Shown one piece after another: positions 20,225 through 29,887 of a stretch of DNA of 64,000 nucleotides. Below the pieces are notes generated by a model, which was not told where the DNA came from, did no database searches, and saw nothing but the letters and a program-made list of their open reading frames with translations. Position 1 is the stretch's first letter; each line of letters opens with the position of its first letter. The position numbers and the translations under genes were made by a program. Source of the DNA: Gammaproteobacteria bacterium (GTDB lineage Bacteria; Pseudomonadota; Gammaproteobacteria; Eutrophobiales; Eutrophobiaceae); the NCBI GenBank assembly GCA_965116495.1, contig OZ220696.1, positions 64,001 to 128,000 of the forward strand, given 5' to 3'.

Positions 20225-20999
20225 CCAGACGTCCACCAATGAGTAACAGCATCAAGGCAAGCAGCATCCGCATGAATTTTTCCGGTATATGCAGGCCGGT
20301 ATGGCTGCCCAGGTAGATGCCCGGAAGCGATCCGATAACCAGGCTGAGCAGCAAGTGGAAATCGACTGAGCCCAGGTGCCAGTGTCCCAGGCCTGCTATC
20401 GCGGTGATGGGTACCGCATGGGCGAGGTCCGTGCCCACGATCCTGACGGTACTCAGACGGGGATAGAGAAAAAATAAAAATGCCGCACCGAGAGCGCCGG
20501 CGCCGACTGATGAGAGCGTCACCAGTATGCCGATGATAATGCCGGCAAGGATGGTCATCGGTGTGCATAATTTCCTGTGGATCATACGGATGAACTGGAA
20601 CGGCTCTGTCCTGCCGAGAGACTGTAGGCGGTTTTTAAACAAAATGACCAGTGACGTCAATATCAGGGCGATGCTGAGCGTGGAGGTAATGATGGGCTCG
20701 TAGTTGATGCCCCTGTTTGCCAGTTGTTGAAGTATAAATACCGCGGACAATGTCGCTGGGATACTGCCCATTGACAGTAACCTGACTACCCGCCAGTCAA
20801 TGGTTTTCTGCCTATGGTGGGAAAAAATACCGCCTCCTTTGGTGATGGCAGCATATAACAGGTCGGTCCCAACTGCTATCGCCGGTTTAATACTGAACAC
20901 GAGTACAAGAACCGGCGTCATCAGCGAGCCGCCGCCGACTCCGGTAAGACCGATAATGAAGCCGACTATAAAACCGGCGAAGGTAAATCCAATGTCCAT
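20214..20999 (-). CDS. TauE/SafE-family sulfite exporter (probable sulfate/sulfur compound permease)
   Basis: GLTGVGGGSLMTP, AVGTDL, VGTDLAHAVP; divergent from cysB. Confidence 0.88.
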   Translation of the reverse strand: MDIGFTFAGFIVGFIIGLTGVGGGSLMTPVLVLVFSIKPAIAVGTDLLYAAITKGGGIFSHHRQKTIDWRVVRLLSMGSIPATLSAVFILQQLANRGINYEPIITSTLSIALILTSLVILFKNRLQSLGRTEPFQFIRMIHRKLCTPMTILAGIIIGILVTLSSVGAGALGAAFLFFLYPRLSTVRIVGTDLAHAVPITAIAGLGHWHLGSVDFHLLLSLVIGSLPGIYLGSHTGLHIPEKFMRMLLALMLLLIGGRLAVT

Positions 21000-21106
21000 G
21001 ATATTAATTGAAAATAATCTGGTTCAATAAAAGAGTGCTACTTTAATGCCAAACATATATACTTAAAAGTAATTATTTTCTATATTTTTAGCACTAAATA
21101 TCATAA

Positions 21107-22160
<1,054 letters not shown>

Positions 22161-22162
<2 letters not shown>

Positions 22163-22289
22163 TTAGGAATTAATGTGTCGCCGGCAGCGGCAATTTATCA
22201 ATGCATCGCATCTTATCCGCAAGCCGGATCAAGGTACACAGTGATGTACACCACCAATTCGTAATTCGTAATTTCTAATTTTTAATTCC
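22161..22289. repeat. Heptamer-armed element, copy 2 (inverted relative to copy 1; the right arm overlaps the cysH stop)
   Basis: GATTAGGAATT...core...AATTCGTAATTCGTAATTTCTAATT; the reverse complement of the core aligns without gaps to the core of copy 1. Confidence 0.85.
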
Positions 22290-23006
22290 AAGGTTGCCTG
22301 CGTGCAGTCCGCATTCCTTCCTGGTTTCTTCTTCCCACCACCAGCGGCCTTCGCGTTCATGCTGGTTGGGTAATACCGGGCGGGTACAGGGTTCGCAACC
22401 GATACTGGTGTAACCCCGGCCATGCAGTTCATTATAGGGTACGTCCTGCGCGCGAATATAGCTCCAGACCTGTTCGGAAGTCCAGTTTGCCAGGGGATTG
22501 AATTTATACAGTGTATGATCGGCAGTCGAGAAAGCTGTATCTGCCTCCATTGTCCGGACATTTGTCCTGGTAGGGCTCTGGTCTTTTCTCTGACCGGTGA
22601 TCCAGGCATCGAGCGTGAGCAATTTCCGTCGTAACGGCACGATTTTGCGAACGCTGCAGCACTCCTTGTGCCCATCCTTGTAGAAACTGTATAAACCTTT
22701 TCCTTTGACGAATTTTTCCAACTGCACGTTATCCGGCGACAATATTTCCAGCCTGATGTTATAACGTTCTCTGACCTGTTCCAGAAAACGGTAGGTTTCG
22801 ATATGCAGACGTCCGGTATCCAGCGAAAAAACCTGGAGATCCGGGTTTATCCGGCTGGCCATATCGATGAGTACAACATCCTCCGCGCCGCTGAAGGAAA
22901 TGGCTATATTGTCAAAATTCCGGAAGGCAAATTGCAGGATGTCGGTCGGATCTTTGTCCTGATAGTCCCTGGCATGGGTTTCAATGTCAAATTTTTCGGT
23001 TGTCAT
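22275..23006 (-). CDS. cysH: Adenylyl-sulfate (APS) reductase, thioredoxin-dependent, Fe-S type
   Basis: SFSGAED, LDTGRLH, ECC..RK and SIGCEPCT (Fe-S cysteines of the APS-type enzyme), C-terminal ECGLH. Confidence 0.93.
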   Translation of the reverse strand: MTTEKFDIETHARDYQDKDPTDILQFAFRNFDNIAISFSGAEDVVLIDMASRINPDLQVFSLDTGRLHIETYRFLEQVRERYNIRLEILSPDNVQLEKFVKGKGLYSFYKDGHKECCSVRKIVPLRRKLLTLDAWITGQRKDQSPTRTNVRTMEADTAFSTADHTLYKFNPLANWTSEQVWSYIRAQDVPYNELHGRGYTSIGCEPCTRPVLPNQHEREGRWWWEEETRKECGLHAGNLGIKN

Positions 23007-23058
23007 GATGCTGTCGTAATAATAAAGACGAGCATTCTAACAACAATATATATTCCAA

Positions 23059-23835
23059 TCAATAATAAGTAATACTAGTTATATTACGATTTGATATAAG
23101 ATAACTGCCTGGTGCCTTTTCTTCATCCCGGTTTACCCACTGTATATCCATTTGATCTGTCAGCCTTTCCCAGAGTGATGCAGGGTCGTCAGTGAATATC
23201 ATGGCAGCATCCACCCTGAACAAATGCCAGTCTCCGCGCAGGAGTTCCTTCTCCAGTTGCCCCGGATACCAGCCCGCGTAACCGGCATACAGACGCAGAC
23301 TAAACTGCCCCATCTCCTGTTGCAGCAGGTGCTGTACACCCCGCAAATCCGTGATTTGAAAGACGTTGTCAATTACCTGGTAGTCTTCGCCAAGGTCCAG
23401 CCCGGTTTGTACCAGGAGCCGCAGGCTGTTCATCCGTACCGGCCCACCCAGGTAAAGGTTGAGTGAATCCAGTCCCAGTTCCTGTAATTGCGGCAGGATT
23501 TCCACGGCAAGTTTTTCCAGGGGACGGTTCAGGACAAGTCCGAGGGTTCCGGTTTCATCATATTCCGTAATCAACAGCACCGTTTGGGCAAAATTTGGGT
23601 CTGTCATCGACTTTTTGGCGATCAGGATAACACCGCGGGCAAGTCTGACCTGTTCCTGTACTCCCTGCATTGGCTGCTTCAGGGAGTAACTGTCGACCGG
23701 CTGTATCAACTGTCTGTGATCCTGGGCCCGGCTGCCGCTATTCACACCCGGCAGAAAGATAAAGACCAGCAAAATCGTTAATGCGCACCGGACTTTCCTG
23801 CCGGGCAACATAACATCCGCAATTTTATGATACAT
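23059..23835 (-). CDS. YqgE/AlgH-family protein with an N-terminal hydrophobic extension
   Basis: DPNFAQTV, GLVLNRP, GGPV, GYAGWYPGQLEKEL..GDW. The start was moved to ATG 23835 to avoid overlap with the rhodanese gene. Confidence 0.82.
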   Translation of the reverse strand: MYHKIADVMLPGRKVRCALTILLVFIFLPGVNSGSRAQDHRQLIQPVDSYSLKQPMQGVQEQVRLARGVILIAKKSMTDPNFAQTVLLITEYDETGTLGLVLNRPLEKLAVEILPQLQELGLDSLNLYLGGPVRMNSLRLLVQTGLDLGEDYQVIDNVFQITDLRGVQHLLQQEMGQFSLRLYAGYAGWYPGQLEKELLRGDWHLFRVDAAMIFTDDPASLWERLTDQMDIQWVNRDEEKAPGSYLISNRNITSITYY

Positions 23836-23888
23836 TTCGGGCAAGCTACTATCGTAAATGTTGAATTCATTATAGGTAACAATCAAAC

Positions 23889-24731
23889 ATGTACAATACG
23901 TTAATTGAAGCAGAAACCGTACACAAGCATCTCGCCGGGTCTGGCTGGACATTCGTGGACTGCCAGTATGATCTGGCGGACAAAAACGCAGGCTACCGAT
24001 CCTACCTGGCAGGTCATATACCGGGCGCCGTTTATGCCAGCCTGCACAGGGACCTCAGCGGTCAGCCGGATACCGATTGCGGGAGACATCCCGTGCCTTC
24101 CCGTGGAGCCCTGGAAACAACATTTTCCGCTCTGGGGATAAGCAATCACAAACAGGTGGTGGCTTATGACAATTCCGGCGGAACATTCGCCGCGCGCCTG
24201 TGGTGGTTGTTGAATTATGCAGGTCATACCCGGGTGGCGGTTCTGGATGGGGGCCTGAATGCCTGGAAACAGGCGGGTTATAATCTGAAAAATAATGAGG
24301 AACATGCCGTCATGGGAAGCTTCAAGGCCGTCCTCAACGGTGCGTCCCTGGTCAGACTGAACGAGGTGGCCACCGTACCCCGGCTGATTGATTCACGTGA
24401 ACCCGACAGGTATGCCGGCAAAACGGAACCCATAGACTCCGTTGCCGGCCATATTCCCGGGGCAAAAAATCATTTCTGGAAAAACAACCTGGACGGCCAG
24501 GGAAAATTTTTGGCCCCGGCGCGCCTGGGACAGGCACTCCGGAAAGTGTATGCCGGTACCCGGGCGGAAGATGTCGTGTTTTACTGTGGTTCCGGCGTTT
24601 CGGCGTGCCATAACCTGTTGGCGGCGGTCCATGCAGGTTATCCGCTCCCTGGATTATATGCCGGCTCCTGGAGCGAATGGTGTTCAGACCCGTCCCGTCC
24701 CGTTGCAGTCGGTATTGAAGCCGGTGAATAA
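23889..24731 (+). CDS. Two-domain sulfurtransferase (rhodanese, SseA-like)
   Basis: GHIPGA twice, GRHP.P, YCGSGVSAC active site, YAGSWSEW. Confidence 0.92.
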   Translation: MYNTLIEAETVHKHLAGSGWTFVDCQYDLADKNAGYRSYLAGHIPGAVYASLHRDLSGQPDTDCGRHPVPSRGALETTFSALGISNHKQVVAYDNSGGTFAARLWWLLNYAGHTRVAVLDGGLNAWKQAGYNLKNNEEHAVMGSFKAVLNGASLVRLNEVATVPRLIDSREPDRYAGKTEPIDSVAGHIPGAKNHFWKNNLDGQGKFLAPARLGQALRKVYAGTRAEDVVFYCGSGVSACHNLLAAVHAGYPLPGLYAGSWSEWCSDPSRPVAVGIEAGE

Positions 24732-25692
24732 CAAAGGATTATTAAGCTGTCTTCTGGATAATGAATATCATTCAGGCAGCAGGTTGTCTGCACACCTGGG
24801 CGTAAGTCGCACGGTCGTCTGGAAGGGGATCAAACAACTCCGGGAATTGGGGTTACTCATCGATGCCAGGCATGGCAAGGGCTACCGTCTGCGGGATGAG
24901 ATTGACCTGCTGGACGAAGCTGAAATCGCCGGCGAACTGGGGCAGTATGCGTGCGGTTGCCGGATTGACATCCTGTTTGGTACTGAATCAACCAACAAAT
25001 GCCTGACTGAACGCTTTGGTCAACCTGATCTGCACAACCGGATAGTCATTGCTGAGAGCCAGCATGGCGGCAAGGGCCGGCGCGGCAGGACCTGGGTATC
25101 CCCGTTCGCCCGGGGCCTGTACCTGTCATTGGGCTGGCATTTTGCCATGGCGCCGGCGTCGCTGAATGCCTTGTCCCTGGCTTCCGGCGTAGCGCTGGTG
25201 CGGGCATTGAACGCGCTGGACCTGACGGGGACTTTTCTCAAGTGGCCCAATGACCTGGTCTGGGATAATAAAAAAATGGGTGGGATCCTGCTGGAAGCAA
25301 GGAGTGAAACAGCGGCATCCTGTGACGTGGTAATCGGTATCGGCATCAATATCCGTCTGACAGACGAATTGAAAGACAACCTGGATCAGCCGGTTACCGA
25401 CCTGGCAGGTATTCACCAAAACCTGCCTTCCAGGAACAGGCTGGCGGGCAGGATTATTGCAGAGCAGTTATCGATGTTGAACCGTGTAGCCGCCGGCGGG
25501 ATGAGGGAATACGTGGCGGAATGGCGCGGCCTCGACTACCTGTCAGGCAGGCAGGTGGAATTGCTCATGCCGGGCCAGGTATTGCACGGTCGGGTCAGGG
25601 GAGTGGATGATAGCGGCCAGTTGTTGCTGGAAACCTTGGACGGGACCGAAAAATTCAGCAGCGGCGAACTGCGCGTAAGGGCGACAGGTTGA
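24724..25692 (+). CDS. birA: Bifunctional biotin ligase/repressor BirA
   Basis: GTG start; HTH SG..L...LGVSRTVVWK; GKGRRGR.W, KWPND, KMGGILLE. Confidence 0.93.
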   Translation: MNNKGLLSCLLDNEYHSGSRLSAHLGVSRTVVWKGIKQLRELGLLIDARHGKGYRLRDEIDLLDEAEIAGELGQYACGCRIDILFGTESTNKCLTERFGQPDLHNRIVIAESQHGGKGRRGRTWVSPFARGLYLSLGWHFAMAPASLNALSLASGVALVRALNALDLTGTFLKWPNDLVWDNKKMGGILLEARSETAASCDVVIGIGINIRLTDELKDNLDQPVTDLAGIHQNLPSRNRLAGRIIAEQLSMLNRVAAGGMREYVAEWRGLDYLSGRQVELLMPGQVLHGRVRGVDDSGQLLLETLDGTEKFSSGELRVRATG

Positions 25693-26480
25693 AATTACTC
25701 GTGGATATCGGTAACACCCGGGTCAAATGGGCCTGTGGGGATAATATCACCCTGTTCGACCACGGTGGTTTTACCTGCACACAGGACACGCTTCCTGAAC
25801 GGCTCGCGCATAACTGGCGCGCAATGGTACAGCCGGAACACGTATATATTGCCAGTGTGGCCGATGCGGAAACGACCGGTATGGTCCGGGAGTATGTCCG
25901 GGCTGCCTGGTCTCTGGAACCACGGCTGGCCGTGGCCGAAAAGGAACGGGCCGGGTTGAGAAACGCCTATGCCGATGTAACGGCTATGGGTGTTGACCGC
26001 TGGCTGGCGATGCTGGCAGCCTGGAACAGGTATAGAAGGCCCGTATGCGTGATTGACTGCGGCACGGCGGTTACGGTGGATGCCATCCTGGAAGACGGCC
26101 GGCATGCCGGGGGGTTTATCCTGCCCGGTATGGCGCTCACAGCTGCTGCCCTGGTGCGGGAAACCCATGGTATTCGCATGCATCACGAAGCGGATGCGCA
26201 ACTGGAGTTCGGCCGTTCTACTGAGGCTTGCATCCGCAACGGTTTTGCTTTTGCGCTGGCGGGCCTGATAGAGCGGTGTGCCGGAAAAATCAGGGAAGAA
26301 GAGGGCGCCGAACTGCTGTTCATCGTCACCGGCGGCGGGGCGGAACAGGCGCTGCCCCTCCTGCCCGGTCAATATTTCCATGAGCCTCATCTTGTCCTGG
26401 AGGGCCTGAACCTCATTTCACGCGCTGAAAAACAGCATCCGGGGACGCCGGGGATGGTCGGGGACCCGAATATCTGGTAA
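25689..26480 (+). CDS. coaX: Type III pantothenate kinase
   Basis: DIGNTRVKW, MGVDRW, IDCGTAVTVD, TGG; follows birA. Confidence 0.94.
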   Translation: MKLLVDIGNTRVKWACGDNITLFDHGGFTCTQDTLPERLAHNWRAMVQPEHVYIASVADAETTGMVREYVRAAWSLEPRLAVAEKERAGLRNAYADVTAMGVDRWLAMLAAWNRYRRPVCVIDCGTAVTVDAILEDGRHAGGFILPGMALTAAALVRETHGIRMHHEADAQLEFGRSTEACIRNGFAFALAGLIERCAGKIREEEGAELLFIVTGGGAEQALPLLPGQYFHEPHLVLEGLNLISRAEKQHPGTPGMVGDPNIW

Positions 26481-26581
26481 ATTAGGAATTAGGAATTAGG
26501 AATTACGAATTACGAATTAGGAATTAACAGCCTGGATGAGGTTTTCCCATTCGTAATTCGTAATTAATAATTCGTAATTAA
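26480..26581. repeat. Heptamer-armed element, copy 3 (short core)
   Basis: About 6 tandem AATTAGG/AATTACG units, ~25 bp spacer, then inverted TTCGTAA units ending just before ATG 26583. Confidence 0.88.
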
Positions 26582-26582
26582 C

Positions 26583-26807
26583 ATGAGATGGTTGGCTTTG
26601 CTGTTGCTTGTGGGCAACGTTGGATACCTGGGCTGGGAGCTTGATCGCGAGACGAAAGCCCTGGTTGCCAACAGCCGCCCGGCGATTAAAATTCCGACCG
26701 GGACAGCAACACTGAAAAAAATTGATGAATCGACCAATCTGCGGGAGTTAAAAATTGTCCCCGTGTGGTACGGGCCGCGCCGGATCCTGGTACCGGTTCA
26801 GCATTGA
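26583..26807 (+). pseudogene. Probable truncated SPOR-domain membrane protein (N-terminal anchor only)
   Basis: MRWLALLLLVGNVGYLGW resembles the N-terminus of the SPOR protein usually found after coaX. It is only 74 aa with no SPOR domain and abuts the ubiA stop. Confidence 0.5.
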
Positions 26808-27692
26808 TTACAGGCTCAGCGCGATACCTGAAAAAATAATCAGGCCTACCCAGTTGTTGTTGAGAAATGCCTTGAAACACTTGCCCGGCGTACGGTCATA
26901 AATCAGGTATTGCTGGTATGCCAGCAGAGCCGCGGCGAGCAGCAGGGCAACGTGATAAACTGTGCCAAGCCCTGACTGGTGGCCGATGCTGTACAGGGCC
27001 GCTATAAACATGACCTGGATGATGCCGATGATGAGGCGGTCGGCGTCGTCCAGCAGGATGGCGGTGGATTTAAGCCCGACCCGCAGGTCATCCTCCCGGT
27101 CCACCATGGCATACATCGTGTCGAAGATTAATACCCACAGCATGTTCGCGGCAAAGATCAACCACGCCATGGCCGGGACGGTGTTGGTTGAGGCGGCATA
27201 CGCCATGGGGATACCCCAACTGAATGCGAAGCCGAGAAAAACCTGCGGCAGATAGGTATAGCGTTTCATGAAGGGATAGAGCAGGGTGATGCAGACGGCA
27301 AAAACTGATAGCAATACGGTCAGAAGATTGGTCGTCAGTACCAGCAGGAATGCACACAGCGTCAAAACGGCAATGACCGCACGGGCCTCTTTCACCGAAA
27401 CCTTGCCGGTAGCAAGGGGACGTTCTTTTGTGCGCTCGACAAAGGCGTCAAAATCCCTGTCCGCCAGGTCATTCACGGCAGCCCCGGCTGAGCGGGTCAG
27501 AAATACCCCCGCAATGAACACTACCAGTAAATGCAGGGATGGTATGCCCTCGTTGGCAAGCCACAATGCCCACAGGGTAGGCCATAACAGCAATAACCAG
27601 CCGATGGGTTTATCGAGCCGGATCAGTTGCGCGTAAAGAACGTACTTTGTTCTAACCGTGGGCCAGGTGAGTCCGCAGACCGAGGCAGCCAT
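26808..27692 (-). CDS. ubiA: 4-hydroxybenzoate octaprenyltransferase
   Basis: RLDKPIG.LLLLWP, NDLADRDFD..VERT..RP, YAMVDREDD; likely start is ATG 27692. Confidence 0.95.
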   Translation of the reverse strand: MAASVCGLTWPTVRTKYVLYAQLIRLDKPIGWLLLLWPTLWALWLANEGIPSLHLLVVFIAGVFLTRSAGAAVNDLADRDFDAFVERTKERPLATGKVSVKEARAVIAVLTLCAFLLVLTTNLLTVLLSVFAVCITLLYPFMKRYTYLPQVFLGFAFSWGIPMAYAASTNTVPAMAWLIFAANMLWVLIFDTMYAMVDREDDLRVGLKSTAILLDDADRLIIGIIQVMFIAALYSIGHQSGLGTVYHVALLLAAALLAYQQYLIYDRTPGKCFKAFLNNNWVGLIIFSGIALSL

Positions 27693-27775
27693 TGCGTGGT
27701 CTCCCCCCTGCGGCGCCCCGTTTTCTTTCGTTTCAGGATGGGCGGCTTCTTTGCCGTTTCCATCCATCCCGAGGT

Positions 27776-29875
27776 TTAAACTTTGCTGAAGTGAAATTTT
27801 GTGTTTAACCATCGCGCTATCAGTTTATCTGCCCGGCCGGGGTACTGCGCCAGAATAATATCAGCAGTTCGTTGTACCCGCGGTATCAGGTGCGCATCCC
27901 GAACGAAATCAGCGATGTGCAGTTCCGGCACTCCCGTTTGTTTTTTTCCCAGTATTTCCCCGGGTCCGCGCAATTCCAGGTCACTCTTCGCTATGGCAAA
28001 ACCGTCACTGGTTTCCCGCATCCTGTTCAGCCTCACCCGGGCGTTCTCCGACAAGGGTGTCTGGTAGAGCAGGACACAATCACTTGCCTGGGCGCCGCGG
28101 CCAACCCTGCCGCGCAACTGGTGCAGTTGGGACAACCCGAGCCGCTCCGCATTTTCAATGATCATGAGGCTGGCGTTGGCGACGTCAACACCCACCTCGA
28201 TGACCGTCGTCGCAACCAGCAGGTCTATCCGCCCGCGTTTGAAATCATCCATCACCGCTTCCTTCTCGGTGTTTTTCATTCTGCCGTGGATGAGGCCGAT
28301 AGTTAATTCAGCCAGTTGCCGGGCCAGGTGTTTCCGGATCTCTTCCGCCGCCTGTAATTGCAGTGTTTCCGAATTCTCAATCAAGGTACATACCCAGTAA
28401 GCCTGCCGTCCCTGCTTGCAGACTTCATGGATGCGTTCGATCACTTCTTCCCTTTTTTCATTCGAGATCACCGTCGTCTTGATCGGCTGTCGCCCGGGAG
28501 GCAGTTGATCGATGACGGAAATATCCAGGTCTGCAAACAATGTCATTGCCAGGGTCCTGGGTATAGGTGTCGCAGTCATGATCAACTGGTGGGGCTGCCG
28601 GGTTTTTTCCATGCCTTTTTCCAGCAGGGCAAGCCGTTGGTCAACACCGAAGCGGTGTTGTTCGTCAATAATGATCAGGCCTACGTTGCTGAAAGTAACC
28701 TGGTCCTGGAACAGGGCATGGGTGCCGACGACGACCATCGGTTGTGCCGAGCCAAGCTGCGCCAGCACTTCTCCTTTTTCGTTACGCGACTGTTTCCCGG
28801 CCAACAGCAATACCGGGATGCCGATAGGTGAAAACCATTGTCTGATATTGAAATAGTGCTGATCCGCAAGAATTTCAGTGGGCGCCATGAGGGCAACCTG
28901 GTAACCGGAGTGAATCACCTGCAGGGCGGAAATGGCGGCGACCACGGTTTTGCCCGAGCCCACGTCTCCCTGGACAAGGCGCAGCATCGGTACGGGCCGC
29001 AACATGTCGTTCCGGATTTCGGCCAGGACCCGTTTCTGGGCATGGGTCAGGTCAAAAGGGAGGTTGTCCAGAAATGTGTTGACTCCAGCGCTTGCGCCCT
29101 TGTGAACGGCAAACGCCGACTGTGCCTGCACCGTCTTCCTGACCAGGCGCAGGCTCAGGTGGTGCGCCAGCAATTCTTCGAATGCCAGGCGTTGCTGGGC
29201 CGGATGATTACCGTCCATCAGGCTGTCCAGGTCGGCGTCCCGCGGCGGCCTGTGGACATACCTGATCGCCTGTCCGAGGCTGAACAGGGCGAATTGATTC
29301 AAAATCCCGTCCGGCAGCAACTCCGTCAAGCCGGTCTTGTCCCTGGACAGGGCATCCAGGGCTTGTCCGGTCAGGTTACGCAACTTGAATTGGGAAATTC
29401 CCTGGGTCAGTGGATAGACAGGGGTCAGGGTCTGTTCCAGGACGACGTCCTCATCGGCATCAACCCGCTGGTATTCGGGATGGGCCATTTCCATGGAGTG
29501 ATTGACGATTCTTGCCTGGCCCCAGCAGCGCAGGGTCATGCCCTGCTTCAGGTTGGCCTGCTGTGTCCAGGAGAAATGAAAAAACCGCAGGGTCAGGGCG
29601 CCGGTGCCGTCGCTGATGCGGCAGAGCAGGCTGCGCCGCCGGCCGGTCAGTACCTGGACCAGTTCAACCGTACCCTGGCACAGGGCGCTGTCCCCCGGCC
29701 TCAGACTGCCGATGGGGATAAGCCGGGTACGGTCTATGTATCGATTGGGCAGGTGAAATAACAGGTCCTGGATTACCCGGATACCCAGGTGTTGCAACCG
29801 TTCTCCGATCCGTGGGCCGACACCTTTCAGGGTGTTAACGGGGGCGTTGAGAGTTGGGAGTTGTTCGGATCCCAC
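27776..29875 (-). CDS. recG: ATP-dependent DNA helicase RecG
   Basis: QGDVGSGKT, DEQHRFGV, MTATPIPRTL, QLHQLRGRVGRG. Confidence 0.97.
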   Translation of the reverse strand: MGSEQLPTLNAPVNTLKGVGPRIGERLQHLGIRVIQDLLFHLPNRYIDRTRLIPIGSLRPGDSALCQGTVELVQVLTGRRRSLLCRISDGTGALTLRFFHFSWTQQANLKQGMTLRCWGQARIVNHSMEMAHPEYQRVDADEDVVLEQTLTPVYPLTQGISQFKLRNLTGQALDALSRDKTGLTELLPDGILNQFALFSLGQAIRYVHRPPRDADLDSLMDGNHPAQQRLAFEELLAHHLSLRLVRKTVQAQSAFAVHKGASAGVNTFLDNLPFDLTHAQKRVLAEIRNDMLRPVPMLRLVQGDVGSGKTVVAAISALQVIHSGYQVALMAPTEILADQHYFNIRQWFSPIGIPVLLLAGKQSRNEKGEVLAQLGSAQPMVVVGTHALFQDQVTFSNVGLIIIDEQHRFGVDQRLALLEKGMEKTRQPHQLIMTATPIPRTLAMTLFADLDISVIDQLPPGRQPIKTTVISNEKREEVIERIHEVCKQGRQAYWVCTLIENSETLQLQAAEEIRKHLARQLAELTIGLIHGRMKNTEKEAVMDDFKRGRIDLLVATTVIEVGVDVANASLMIIENAERLGLSQLHQLRGRVGRGAQASDCVLLYQTPLSENARVRLNRMRETSDGFAIAKSDLELRGPGEILGKKQTGVPELHIADFVRDAHLIPRVQRTADIILAQYPGRADKLIARWLNTKFHFSKV

Positions 29876-29887
29876 GAGCCGGCAGGC

